Below are positions 13,856 through 27,549 of a stretch of DNA of 64,000 nt, piece after piece. The DNA lies in the NCBI GenBank assembly GCA_964106645.2, contig OZ067043.1, one strand, 5' to 3'. This DNA is from Podarcis pityusensis. Lineage: Eukaryota. The translations under genes were made by a program, and so were the position numbers. Below the pieces are notes generated by a model. It was not told where the DNA came from. It did no database searches and was given only the letters and a program-made list of their open reading frames with translations. Positions within the stretch are counted from its first letter, which is position 1. The number at the start of each line of letters is the position of its first letter.

Positions 13856-16800
13856 TTCTGCAAGGGTTTGGGGTTGGTTCGGTTTGTAATTGTAGCCCAA
13901 CTGTAGGTTGACTTTGGCTAGCACCTCTGGCACAGTATGGATGGTATCTGACAAAGTCATATACAGAGTGGATCTGTTGACACCAGTGGATTTAAGACAG
14001 CAATGACTAAAACTTGTCCACTAATTTTGGTGGGTCTGCGTACCTCACTTAACCTTAGAGTGATTTAATGGGACTTACTGCCAAGTAGACATGGTTAGGA
14101 TTGTAGCCCGTGTCAGAAGCCACCCAAAGCCTGAATTTTACTGAGTTTATATCAAACATTGGGTGTGTTCATTTATTATAGCTCTACATATCCACGCTTG
14201 GCCAAAAGTGTTTTCTGTGATAGTAGAATGGTTTTCTTAGGATGGATGAAAACAAGGATATGGCAACTAGTAAATGTTTTCCCCCTGTTATTTAATATTA
14301 TGTGCTTATTTTTCTTAAAATACCCATGTTTGTATTCAGTGTAATTGATACTAAACTTTGAGGTAGCAAGTTAATCCTAATAGGAATAGGTTTTGGCTTA
14401 TGTGGCAGAGGGACGTTAAACAGAGCCACAGTGCTGTGTTTGTTTATTTTGGTTAAGGAGATGATTTAGCCTGGAAGTGATGACTTGTTTTGGGTGGTCC
14501 CTCCACTTCAGGATGGTTCAGTGTTGGTTTTCCCTTTCCCATAAAAGTCTTAATGTGATGTTGAGGGGGGGGAAACAGCAGCAGCAGCTTTTACATCTTG
14601 GTATGCAGTGAGCTAAAGCTGCTTGCTTAACTGTTTTGAAGGACAAGGGGAATTAGATAGAGCCAGCAGGGGGGAAAATGGCCAGGGTGCCTTCTTCAGG
14701 AGTGACTGATATGAGGTAACTCTTAGCTGTCTGGGAATTCCTTTCAAAGAGTGTCCATTTGTTTGTCTTCCAGTGCTAAATTTTTGCATTTTCTGCATAC
14801 TTTTTGCTAACTCTTCCTATTACCTGCAGAGGGAGCTTGCATATGAGATAATCAGAATAATCGTGGCTTTTTTTTTTTTTAAGGACTGCAATTGTTTTTC
14901 AGCATAAATACAATGTCTGCTTGTTACAGCATTCTCTGTTGCTTTTGCTCAGATTAGAAGTGTTTTACATGTAAAGTGTGTTCAAGGGTATGCTTTGAGA
15001 AGCGCCTACATCGCTGATAGCAGTTGGCAAACACTTGTAAATTTAATATGCAAAAAGTGTAAGTGGATGTTAAAATGACATTCCCTTTTCAGATGAAAAT
15101 ACTCTTTGCTTTAAAATTAGGGTGTTTTTTTTTTTAAAAAAAAAGCAAACTCCCATGTTAGTAATACTTGTGCAACTGTATGGGGGGGGGGTGGATGTAA
15201 AGAATCATTGGCAACCGAAACATCAGGAAATATTCAGAAAATAATTTGTTGCCTTCTTTAAAAATAAATAAAATAAGTTCACAAGCTTCAGGGCTTCCTT
15301 AATTTAACTATAGTGTTTGGTATGCTGAGTGGAAAGCTGTGACAATGGGATATTTTTTCACATCTATCTATCCATCTGTCTGTCTATCTATCATCTATCT
15401 ATATTCTTGGTTACATTACAGTTGCGAGGTCAAGTCTTAGTTTTTATTTTACAAAAAAACATCACTAGTACTATAGCCAACAAATTAGTGTAATGCATTC
15501 AACAGCTAAACCTTCAGCATTAAAACATTTAGGGGTGAAAAAAACTACAGCCCTGCTTACAGTTTAAAAAGGCCATGGTGGTATAATAATATCAAATTAT
15601 GAGCTTATTAATAAATAAATATCACCTAAGACATGGACGCCTTGCATTTGCTAATGTCATCTTTTAAGGTTTAGTATCAGGAATTTGAAGGATGTTCCTG
15701 CATGTTTTAGAATTTGAATTATGCATTTTCGGATGATGAAGCTCTTCATGAAACGAGAAATGTTAGGGAAATAAATGTGACTTAATATATTGCTTGCTGT
15801 ACAAAGAAGGAGATGGCATTGAAATAAGCACTGTTTAGCTCTGAAAAATAATGGCACTCTATTTTCATTTAAGGTAGTTTGGGAAGTCTGCATGCTATCT
15901 GCTGTGATTTTAATATGAAATAGAGCATTATGCATAGTTGCACATTCCATAAAACTGAAGCAGCACTCAGAAACACACTCACTTGCCATAAATCCTCCCA
16001 GAAAATTGGTTTGAGAGTTGATTCTTCTGAAGGTTTATTACAATGCCGTAATGTTAAAAATGTGTATATGTGCAGGAGAACACAGGCTTTTATTGTATTT
16101 TTGATTATCCTTTTAAACAACTAGCAAAAAGGTTTACTGGTGTCACAAAAGTACACCATCTTGGTGCCGATTCATTATTTATACTGTCTAATCCTTGCTA
16201 ATGTGAAAAAATCGGCTTGTTGTTGTAACACCAAAGGGCCCTTTAAGTAGAGAAACAGTTAAGTAGATCTCCTGTAATAGTATGTTGTCTAATAAAGAGA
16301 TTTATGGTATTGGCAAGGGCTATTGTATAGGAATTACCATTTCACAGCATGATCATGTGTTATCATAACAACTTGGTACCACATTTATGTGGAACATTTT
16401 CATAAGAGGGTAAGGATATTAGCCACAGCAATTACACTCCAATAGGATTATGGCAGAAATACTTATTTGGAATATAGAAATACTCCTAGACGGACTTGGG
16501 ACTGGAGCTGTGGATCTTCTGAAGTTCGACCCACCTTTGCTCTCCTTGGCTGTAGTAAGTATGAAGGATGTCAGAAATACATTTCTTCTGCTCATCTGCT
16601 TAATAATGCAAAGTCAGATATTTCTTTCATCCTTCTTAGTTAGGACATAAATTGTAAATTCTGAAATATATTTGCGTGAAACTTTGCTGTTGGGCGTAGA
16701 GAGTTGTTTGTCCCAGGGAAGGAGAAATAACAAATGGAGAAGCTGATGACTTACGTGTGGTACAGGAGGGGGGCATCACTGAGAATTCATTCATTCTCAG

Positions 16801-17160
16801 TGAATGAATGACTGTACACTCTTGGATTTTGCACAGCATTTTCATTGGGATGAATGGGTTGACTCTGCCAAGGGTTGCATATTCTTGTCTAGCTTCAGAT
16901 GCCTAAAAAGCACCAGCTTTTAATACATAGAATTCATTTCCCTTCTGTTTTTTGGATGGGATTCTTGGAAAGCCTAGCTAGCTCAGGAAAATAGGTATAT
17001 ATTAATTGACTAGAATAAATATCAGGACGTGAAAGTTGTATCATTTCATGTCATTTTGAAAAAGAAGAAATAAGAGGAGCAAAGTTTTGTTTTGTTGTTG
17101 CAACTTCTTTTACTAAATGGAAAACAAAGAAACAAAACCCACTGCTGTAAATATTGTAGA

Positions 17161-17182
17161 GGTGTGGGGTGTGGGTGTGTGG

Positions 17183-17228
<46 letters not shown>
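17161..17228. repeat. Compound (GT)n(GA)n microsatellite
   Basis: Read directly from the sequence. Confidence 0.95.
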
Positions 17229-17232
<4 letters not shown>

Positions 17233-18484
17233 ATTGCTTGTATTAATATGAATGGAATTCCATTCATGGAATGAAGAAGGGCTTTACTGCTGCTACCTCC
17301 AGCACCACTTGAAAGCTGCTTCTATTTGGTTGGGAAATATGCCAGAATGGAATGAGATGTGGTTTGGAGTCTTGCAGCTGAAGGGGCGAATGGGAAAACG
17401 CCCCAGAAACACTTCCATTTGCATGAGTAGAATTGATTCCCACTAAAGCTTTGTTAGATCCTAAATATTGTGTTGTAACAGGTAACTTCATCTATTATGT
17501 ATTTGTATTCATACTAGGTTGGATCTAGAGCTCTGTTGCACTGTTGAGAGGGCACAGGGCAAGTTATACATGCCTGTCTCTGATTCCCTCTTGGAAAGCT
17601 GAACTGGAAGAACAGTGTGAAAGGTAGTGTGTCTGTGTGGGCTGCCAAGGCGAGGGGAAATCAGGGAAGATACCTTAATCTCCCCCTGCTTCATCCATTG
17701 GAGACCATGAAAGGAGCCCTTCCATTCACATAAACAGTCTGGACCCAGCCCATTATTTTTGTACATTTCTTAGGCATTTGGCTTAATTTACAGTCGGATT
17801 TCTTAAATAAAGTTGCTTGGCAAATCAACTTAAATTGCCACCTTCTCGAAGTCTCACCACAGTCTTTTGAGATCATCTGAGAGTATCCGCCTTAAACCAT
17901 TAATATGCAAAATATGAACTATAAGCAAAATAATGAGCTTTCAGTGGTCCAACAGCATCTGGAGGGAAGAGATTACACATTCCAGCATTAGGGCCTGAAC
18001 ATTTCTCAGTGGCTTTTCCACATTCCCAGGATTTCATGTAAATTGGAGCCTGAGTGTTTTTTAGAAATGCTGCAAAGACTTGCTTGTTTTTGCTGTGTTT
18101 TAATTGCCAGGGCTAAGGGCTAAACAAGTGTAGAGTAAGTTTAATTCCTTCCCTGTGGTGTATTTTATTCTGCTGATTCTAGGATGGTGTCTTTTTAATT
18201 TATTTTTTCCAGCTGTGGATGGCATGGATAAGTTGAGACGCACCTTTTTAAATAAATTGTAGATAATTGAAAATCAGCATTGTTGGAATGATTTCTGATT
18301 AATTAATAATGACCACATAGCCAAAGCATCTGTGCTCTCTCAGAATGCAAATATTATGGTCCAGATCCAGAAATGATGGCACACTAAAATATACTATGGT
18401 CACCAGGTTGTAAGTGTGAAGGATCAACTGAAACAGGCTCAGATGTATTAACATCTAGCCAATGTGAACAATATTTATTATATA

Positions 18485-18803
18485 CTGTATTGGCCCGAAT
18501 ATAAACAGCGCCTGAATATAAGCCGCACCTTTAAAATTGGAGGGGGGGGGGGAAAGAAAAAATACCTAAATATAAGCCGCTCCATTCCTCACTGCTGCTG
18601 GCTGCATACTGGGGGGGAGGGAGCTGCACTGTGTTGCCAGCGGCCTTTCGCATTCCTTGCTCTTTCCCTTCCCGGCCTTGGGGGAGAGGATGGGGGACTA
18701 TGCATGGGGCGGGCGCTCCTGGCTGCATACCGTAAGGTCGTGAATATAAGCCGCTCGGTCAGAATTTGGGGAAAAAGTGAGGCTTATATTCAGGCCAATA
18801 CGG
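18485..18803. mobile_element. Tc1/mariner-superfamily non-autonomous element (MITE)
   Basis: TIRs CTGTATTGGCCCGAATATAA and TTATATTCAGGCCAATACGG flanked by TA, with an internal repeated AATATAAGCCGC motif. Confidence 0.85.
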
Positions 18804-19141
18804 TATATATAAAATAAATTCTTTACTAGTCATATTCTACATAAATTATCTGGGTGACAGATAATTAGAACAGTTTAAAGAAACATACAATGCCATCAAT
18901 CACTATACAGTGTAGTGGCACAAAAATCCAATTAAAGAATAAAATTTAAAAAATGACATGGTCTTAGTTAAGTAGCAATATTCCAGGCACAGTAATGTAA
19001 ATAATCACAGGAGAGAGCCCCAGACAACATTGTAGGGTTAAAACCGCATCTTAACCCAACTACTGTGAAGAAACAGACTGACCAGAGATGAATATAACAA
19101 TAGTTAAATGGTGTTAGAATTTGAAAAGGTCTGGAAAATTG

Positions 19142-19142
<1 letters not shown>

Positions 19143-19179
<37 letters not shown>
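19143..19179. repeat. (AC)n microsatellite
   Basis: Read directly from the sequence. Confidence 0.95.
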
Positions 19180-19180
<1 letters not shown>

Positions 19181-22100
19181 TTGCCCAATGTGAGACATGC
19201 ATTAACATAGTTGCCTGGAGAACCCCCCCCCCCCCTTTTTTTAGGGTGAGCATTCTTTAGGAATATCCAATATGGGAGAACAGAATAACTATCTATATTT
19301 TATTGTGGAACATGCAGAAACACATATGCTTTGATAATCTGCCTCCTCTCTGACTTTCATGTGGCAGAATCCTGCGAAGTAGCACTGATATTGCAGTGTC
19401 AAGGGACAGGATATGCAGCAGCGCAGTGTGGCAAATTAAAATCACTGGCCTGTGTTTGATGTCATGCCAAAACCATGCATAAACAAGTCTGCTTGGACTT
19501 GTGTGTCCCTTTTCCCTCTCCTTCAATGTGGATGCAAAGGGAAGATTAGAAGCACTTCAGCTAGCCCAAATGTGGGGTGGGGTTGGGGTACTAATCATTT
19601 AAACTGGTTTGCTGAAACCCCAGTTAAACATATTTTTTCTCTTCATCCTGACTTATTAACAAATTATACTTTAAAGCAGGGTTTCCACAGCTTGCATATA
19701 GTAAACTCTGGTTAGTTTAAAAGAGGCAGTGGGTTGCTTCTGATCTCTTGGCTGCACAGGAGGAAGAAATAGACTTGCTCATGTTTCCTTTTTTCAGACA
19801 GATTTGTATGATGTGCCATGACAAATGGATAGTTGAATGCAGAACTGGAAGTATAAACAAATTTGATAAAAAGTTGCAATCCTTCAAAAATGTTTGTTTA
19901 AAAGTTTTGCTACTTCATACTACAGGCTGGCTTCTAGTAAGCATATAATCACATCTATTTGAAGTTTGCGATGGCCAAAGTCTTTGTTTCGAAAACATTT
20001 AAATTGTCAGCTGTTAGCTTTTCCATGAGCTGTCAGTAACTGGTATATCACCTATAGATACCCAATTTTATTAGAGAGATTAGGAATCCAGAATCATCGT
20101 ACATAATAAGAATTAGTTTCAAAACAGCCCTCACATTTTATATGCACCATTACGCTATGTATAATATTGACTACTGAAATATACATGATTGGGTTTGAGA
20201 GCTCACATTTAATGTCTACATCTCTGAAAAATAAAAGGACATTTTGTGATGCTTGCCTAGACTCACGGCTTATAATCTGTGCAACCTGATGATATATGCA
20301 TGTTTACTCTGAAGTAAGTCACAGTATGCTCAGTGGGGCTCAGTGCCATGCAAGTATCCCTAGTAAAAGATAATGCTGTGCTGTTACTAACATCTAAGGG
20401 AGTATAAGGAAATGTATAATTAAATAGCAGAATTGATGAGCGGAATCCCAATTGAAATTCTGTAACAGAAGGCGGGGGGGGGGATAAAACCTCTGTAAAA
20501 TGCAGGTTTAGACGAATAAATGCAATACTATGTTAAAGGTAGCAAGAGGTAATCTTCTGACATTTTCCAGTCCTTTATCTCCTGCTTCACTTTTTATTAC
20601 ACATCTTTTGCTTAAATCCAAAGTGTTCTTTTGAACTCAGTGAATCTTCCTTCCTGGTATATGTTTTATTTTTATTTTACAATTGCAGTATAAGAGGAAG
20701 ACTGTGTCACACTTTTTGAAAACATACAGGCTGTTATCTACTGTTGTTGTGTATGTGGTTCATTGAGAACAAACAAGCTAGACTACCTGAGATGTTTACC
20801 TCAGTTGCTTTTGGGTTTTGTGTGCTTTGCAACAACTGAGCTGGTTTTTTAAAATTTTAATTAGCAGCCTCCTCTTTGGAGGGATCATAAATCTGTCTGT
20901 GTGAGTTGTGAGTCTGCGCTGTGGTTGTTTCGCTGGCCCGGTTCGTTTTAAATGATGATGCCCTACTTGCGAGTCACTGTGGGAAAGCATTCGTGTATAG
21001 AGGAGTGATCTTTTTGTTTGTTTGGGAGTTTCTTCTCTACCTTTGGAAGAGCTGTGTGGTTATGACTAATAAACACTTTACTATTTGGCAAATGGAATGT
21101 AAGTGACCAGGAGCTATTGGTTGAGGAATGGAAAAACCTGCTGCACAGAGTACATCAAAGCAGTGGAGCCTTTGAAATATACCTGTGGATGGAATTTTTT
21201 CATTTTAACCTGTCAGCTGCACAGAATACAAATCTCTCTGCTACACAGCAAGGTATTTTGTTAACAACATTTTTTCCCTGAATGTACTATGTCAAAACTG
21301 TGATACTTGGAGTCAGGATAGCAATGGGGTGCCTCATAGCGGGTTATGAAATGATTTGTAGATTAACAAAATGACAATTAATGCTTTACATTTCATCTGA
21401 TTAGCATTTCTATTCTGAATTTTTTTTTTTTTTTTTTTTTGTGGCTTTGTTTTCTGCCTCTCTTTGCTTAGTGTTTTGGTTTGGGTATAATTTCCGACAC
21501 AGTGTCTTACTCACATCATGTTTTCCTCACTTCTCATGGCATTCAAAATGTGTGTCATTTTCTTGTATTTGGCTGGAAGGAACACCATCTGTATTTCTAG
21601 GAGTTAAAAGTCCTGGCTTTACAATATGCAGCCATTGGGGTGAGAAGAGGAGAGTGTCAGTGGACTGACAGTCAGAGGTGATTTTGTCACTGATGGAACT
21701 CAAGGAGAAATGGGTGAATTTTGCAAGTGTTTTCACAATTAGTTTGACAATAATTAAATAATGGAGACTTCATAAATTTGTTTTGTTTTATACCAGTAGA
21801 GATTTTTTTTTTGGGGGGGGGGGTTGATATTTCTAGTGCAGATATTTGCTTCATTTTAATTAAAATGTTCCTTTAGCTGAAAATTCCAATATTGTTTGAA
21901 TTTTAAGATTATTATTCTTATTTCACAAAGTGGGTTAGTTCTTTTCTCAATGACTTCTGTATCTTTTTGGACACAAATTATATGGGTGGTTTTAAATTCT
22001 TAAAAGTATTGTGTGTCCCATTATTCAATTGCAGTAAAAAGTTGATTTCTAGAAAAAAGATGTGTTTAGGACTGCAAAACACATGAGCAAAATCATTAGT

Positions 22101-24981
22101 TATTTCTGAAATTGCATTTCATTTGTTTGTGTGGTTATTGATTTGTAACACCTAACTCTCCATTTAATTAGCAATCAAAGGAGTGGTGTAACTGTTACTG
22201 CCTTTAAAAAAAATGATAATGATTTTAACCAATCATTTTTAAAGCACATGATATTATCCTGTTCTGAATTTTTTAATGAAAAACATATGTGTATTTGCCT
22301 ATTTTTTGTTTAATTATTATGCCATATTTTGGAAAACACTGATTTCTCCTTATATGCATAGAATAAACCAGGGTGGTGTTTCTGCTTTTGTTTCTAGTGC
22401 AGCAAATATGTAATTTAGTTATCGGCTGCAATCCTATATCCTAGGATTAAGCCCAGTTGAACTCGATAGGACTTCCTTTCAAGTAGGCAAATAACAGAGG
22501 CTGAAACTACAGTGTTCAGCATTAGGAAAAGTTTCATGCCTGCAACAGCCATTTCATGGAATACAATATGATAATTTGAAAGAACATTAGGTTCTGAGAA
22601 TGAACTACTTCTAAATAAAGATACTGGCATCAATTTAAAGATCGTCCTTTAAAAATATAATCCAGCCAAAAAGTCAAAAGTTTAAATTTTAATGAAGACA
22701 CTTCAAAGAACAGAGAGGTTGAAAAATATGTTTTACCTTTTCAGATTGCTTTTATTTGCCCAAAGGCAATAAAAGTGTTAACATCTGGAAATGGGTGGCA
22801 AATGACTTTGCTTTTTTCTTTCTGTTTGCCCCTTTTGTGGTTTTCATTCAGTTTGGCTGAGTTTGTTGCTATTTGCTTTTCACCATTAAAAATGTTTGCT
22901 TTGAGTGAGAGAGGGAGGCACAGCTTGGTAGTTAAAATTTTCTTGAAATGCCACTAACAGTAGGTCCATTCCCAGATCAAGCTGTTACAAACTGTAACAT
23001 TAAATAAGAATCTTTGCACAGTCCTAAAGAAACTACATCCTACATGACAAAAAATAGAGGCATTGGAAATAAAACACGAATACCAAATGCATCAAGTATC
23101 CTCCCTATCAAATGTATTGTGTGGACACAGTCATAAGAAAAGATAATGTCTGAGATCCAGAGTTTGTTTACCTAGTTCTACATAAAATTTCAGTAAGCAT
23201 TTTACAAACAATAATACAACACAACTGCAATACAGTTCATCATTTCTGGACATCAGTTTACAGTTGGTTTCTTTTAGTATAATAGAATGCCCTTAGTCGT
23301 CCGTCCCCCCGTCCCCCCCCATTTTGGTTGTGTTGAAATTTCTTATGCATGTTCTTGAAAGTAATCAGGTAGGAATAAATGGTTATCTCAAGCCAGAGAC
23401 CTATGTGTGCTGTGATACATCCGGCAGAATTCCTTTGCACATGGAATGGTTCTTGACATCAGGGTGTTGGAATAGTTTTGCTTTCTTCTCTCAAATTTAG
23501 TAGCAGCTCCTGAGGGTCTTGGAATTAATATCTCATCTGGGAATAACATCAATAGTATTCTTGCTGTTTCTTGATTATGCATTCTTTGCAGTAGTGCTAT
23601 TTCATGCTACTATTGATATGTGAGAAGTTTTCCGTACGGAAACACTATCCTTTGTTAATGACTGCTGCGCTCCCACGCCCCTGCTAATAACGGTTGTTGT
23701 GCTACTCATGTCAACGCTCGTGATCAGAATTAATAACACCAGTAGCCTGTATTTGCAAAGATTCCCAAAAATAGAATTGCAGTGCCAAGTTGGTTGAGAC
23801 AAACTGGCAAGGAGTCTACCTAAAGATGCACAATAATCCCTGTTTTTCCTTCATTTCAGTGGGCGGTTATCTGACCTCAGGAGTGGCAGTTGTATAGATG
23901 GTGGTAGGCTGATTATCATATAGGTTATTTCTATATTACTTCTATAAATAAGTTTGCTGTTAGTGATCGTCATCTGCTGCTTGAACCACAGGAAAGAACA
24001 TTTGGGGTGGATATCAAGCATCTTTAATGTTTGTGAACTGAAACTTCTAGGTGTGAGTGTTAATCTAGTATCATGACTGTATATCATGTAAATACCTAGG
24101 TGTGTGTGTTTACATGCATGCATAGGAACACTGTGTCTCAGGGATGAGCAGACTTCAAGCTAGTGGATCTACTTTCTTTTCATAGAACCCAGAGATCCAG
24201 AAATAGAGGAAGGACAGGCACACTTTAAATTAGCACATCCAGCCCTAATAATTTATCTTCAGTACCAAAGGTGAGCTCACAGCCCTTTCTACCTGGTTCC
24301 CATCCCCAGCCAAAATAAAGGGGAAGAGAGGGGACATTTTATTATGTCTAGTGTTAAAACAATTGGACCCTTGCAAATTTGCAGCAAATCACCCAGTATC
24401 TACCAGTAGATCCAGATATACCTTCTACCCACTCTGGATGTAAGGTGAAATACTAGTATTATCTTTGGTGTTTGTTTATTTATACTTTATCAAATTTCTC
24501 TCCCTTTCTCCCAAAGGAGCTCACGGTGTTATCCCCCCATTGGTTATATACTTGGAGATCTTGAAGCTGCAGTCAGATTATCACTGGCAGTAACTGGGCA
24601 CTCATGGATTGTGAAGTCATTTTCTTACTTTAGGCTGATTCAGTTCGGTAGTGTAGCTGCTGCCAAGATTAATTTACTGCTTTCAGGGCTGTGTGGCAGC
24701 AGTAATGTACTATTGGTGCAGATTCTTATTGCATAATCAGGCCAAAAGGGGAAACCAATTCAATGTGGGAAGCAAATACAATTGTTAGTACTGCCATTTG
24801 GACTTATTCCATGGAACTGATTTCTGGCAACAGCCATTGAGGTAATGTTTAAACTGGTATTTAATCTTAGTAAGGGCTTATCACCCTTTGGTGATTAAGC
24901 CATGTTGAATGTGTATAGGGAGCTGTTTTCTTTACCATTGGAACAGCTTTGCAGAATAAGGAAGAGTACCATACATAGCAG

Positions 24982-25342
24982 GTAAGCGGGTGGCGCTGTG
25001 GTCTAAACCACTGAGCCTAGGGCTTGCCGATCAGAAGGTCTGCGGTTCAAATCCCTGCTACGGGGTGAGCTCCCATTGTAAGGTCCCAGCTCCTGCCAAC
25101 CTAGCAGTTTGAAAGCACGTCAAAGTGCAAGTAGATAAATATGGACCGCTCTGGCGGGAAGGTAAACGGTGTTTCCGTGCGCTGCTCTGGTTTCACCAGA
25201 AGCGGCTTAGGCATGCTGGCCACATGACCCGGAAAAACTGTCTGCGGACAAACGTCAGCTCCCTTGGCCAGTAAAGCGAGATGAGTGCCGCAACCCCAGA
25301 GCCGTTCGTGACTGGACTTAACTGTCAGGGATCTTTTACCTT
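24982..25342 (+). mobile_element. Sauria (Squam1) SINE, full length
   Basis: GGTGGCGCTGTGG...GGTTCAAATCCC tRNA-like head, typical body and TTTACCTTTA tail. 15-bp TSD TACCATACATAGCAG at 24967-24981 and 25343-25357. Confidence 0.92.
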
Positions 25343-25354
25343 TACCATACATAG

Positions 25355-25490
25355 CAGCCTTTTTCAGCCTGGTGCGTTCCATATCTGTTGGACTAAAACT
25401 TCCATCACCCAGTCCCATTTGCCATGGTGACTGGGGCTGATGGGAGTTGTGGTCCAAAACACATGGAAGCCACCAGTTTGAGGGAAGATC
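25355..25490. mobile_element. hAT-type palindromic MITE (related family)
   Basis: CAGCCTTTTTCAGCCTGGTG...TTGGACTAAAACTTCCATCA / TGATGGGAGTTGTGGTCCAA...CACCAGTTTGAGG. Confidence 0.7.
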
Positions 25491-27549
25491 ATTCCATTAT
25501 TAACTGCACTGCACTTGTGAAATTAATTTCAAAAAATAGTTGTGTTGAAGGCCTCAGGGAAGTTAACTTCTAGAACTAGAAATACAGTATAGTTTTCTTT
25601 AAAAACTACAGATTTCTAAACTTTTCTGGCAGGTCTTGCTATGTTTTAATCGTTTTGCAACATTTTCTATTTTCTGTGTTCTTAAAAATTAATTACCTTG
25701 TTGAATAGTGTTTCACAATAAACTTGAATAATGAATGCCTTGGTCTTTGGTAGAAGGACAAAGTTGCTTCTGTAGCATATTCTACCCTATTTTAATTAGC
25801 CCCACCCCAGTACAGCTGGAAAGAAAGAAAAATGGTTTGTTCATAACTGTGGCTAATTTAATGGACCTCAAACTGCAAAATATGTAACAAAAATACTTGG
25901 GCAAAGTCTGGACCGTAGACAATTGGTGGTTTATGTGCACAAAAGTAATTAAGATGCACACTGGTTCGATGTTGGAAGGAATGGAAACTCATTGCCAAGA
26001 CCATTATTGATCGTTGCAAGATGAATAAATTTTTAGAGCTGAACAGAACATTTGCCAGTGTATTTGCATAGTTAAATGGGCCTGTTTAGCTGAAAGTATT
26101 TAGAAATGTGACCAGCACAGTAGCTTGTCTCCAGTTCCAAAAAAGAAACAAGACAAAAAATAAAACTGTTATTGCAGAAATATTGGCTCATAGATGGTTA
26201 AAAATATAATTTTGGAAATAAAAGAGATTACATACGTGTGAAGACTCTCTCCTTAGTTGGAGATGTACATTAGGACACCTTAGCCATGTACAGAATGTCC
26301 TTAGCTATGTACAGAATGTCCACATAAGGTTAATTGCTTCTCCAGTTCATTTCCATGGAGGGAACTGATTCAGGAAGCTCATCAGATAAGCTTTGAAACA
26401 GAGCTTACCCTCCACCCCCGTTTATAAGACAAAAAAGTGTTATTTTTAATATTTGTGCTACTTTTCTTTTTATTGTTTGGTTATTTTCTTTTTTATACTT
26501 TTGTTGCATGTTTTATGACGGTTCTTGAAAGCTGGCAGTGTGTTCAGATAAGGGTAGCAGTGTTTTAAATAAGCAAAATTTATGATAATCTGCAAAAGCG
26601 GATGTGCAATCTATGGAGGAAGAACTTGCACCTTTCTCCCCACAGGAAGAGCACAGGTTGCACATGCATTTGGAAATGTAACACACATCATAGTGGAGAT
26701 GTGTATATTCCTCCTTTGTAGCTCATAATTTGTAAACTTTCTTTAAAAATCTGCTTTCCACAACTACTAAGAATGTTCATATGGCTGCCAGCTTGTACTA
26801 CATATTTTTGGAAGTAAAGTGTCCTGAACAAAATTACTTGCAAATAGAAACATCTGAGATCATATTGTGTGAGAATTAGCACATGAGCATTAATCTGTGT
26901 TCATACTATTTCAGTTTTAAAGAGTAGGAGCAGAATTGGGGCCTCTTGGCCACAAGCCTTATATTTGTCAACCAGTCAGACCCTATGTGTGTCCAGATAA
27001 TTCTGTGGGAAAGCTTAAATGTAACATTCCGGATTTCGTTTTCACAATGTTAGTTTTGGTCTTTTTATCATATACTACAGAGGTCACTGTGGTCTGCTCT
27101 TGGAATGTTATGGCATAGCTAGCTGTAAACTTAGAATAAACATGTACAGTGCTAATCATATGCTGTGTAGTTTCGCTGCTTAGAAAATCTGAAGACAAAA
27201 ATAGCTGTTTCAGGTCAAGAAACATTGACTGAACTCTTGACCAAATGTGTGCATTTTTAAAAATAAATCCAAAAGTCTTTTTGAGGCAAAGTATATTGAC
27301 ACATGGCGAAGTTGCAGAAAACAGAGTAATAAGAGCTGACATATAAAATGTTAGATCTATTTTAGTATCTTATTAGAGCTTAGGTTTATTGAACAGCGAA
27401 TCATTTAAAAGCTGCCCCCACCCCGTCTCCTGCATCCTGTAAAAACAGACTCCCTCAAACCAAATATCAGCTAGGAGTTTTGCAGTGCAATGGCAACTCT
27501 TGCAAAGGACAATGCAACAGATGGCACCTTTAATATTATACACTGTAAA

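Noticed and set aside
26278-26319. 21-bp tandem duplication (also ~14 bp at 12585-12612 and ~23 bp at 6670-6710) as an array or CRISPR-like structure
   Set aside because: Each has only two adjacent units and no spacers, which fits ordinary slippage duplication in eukaryotic DNA.
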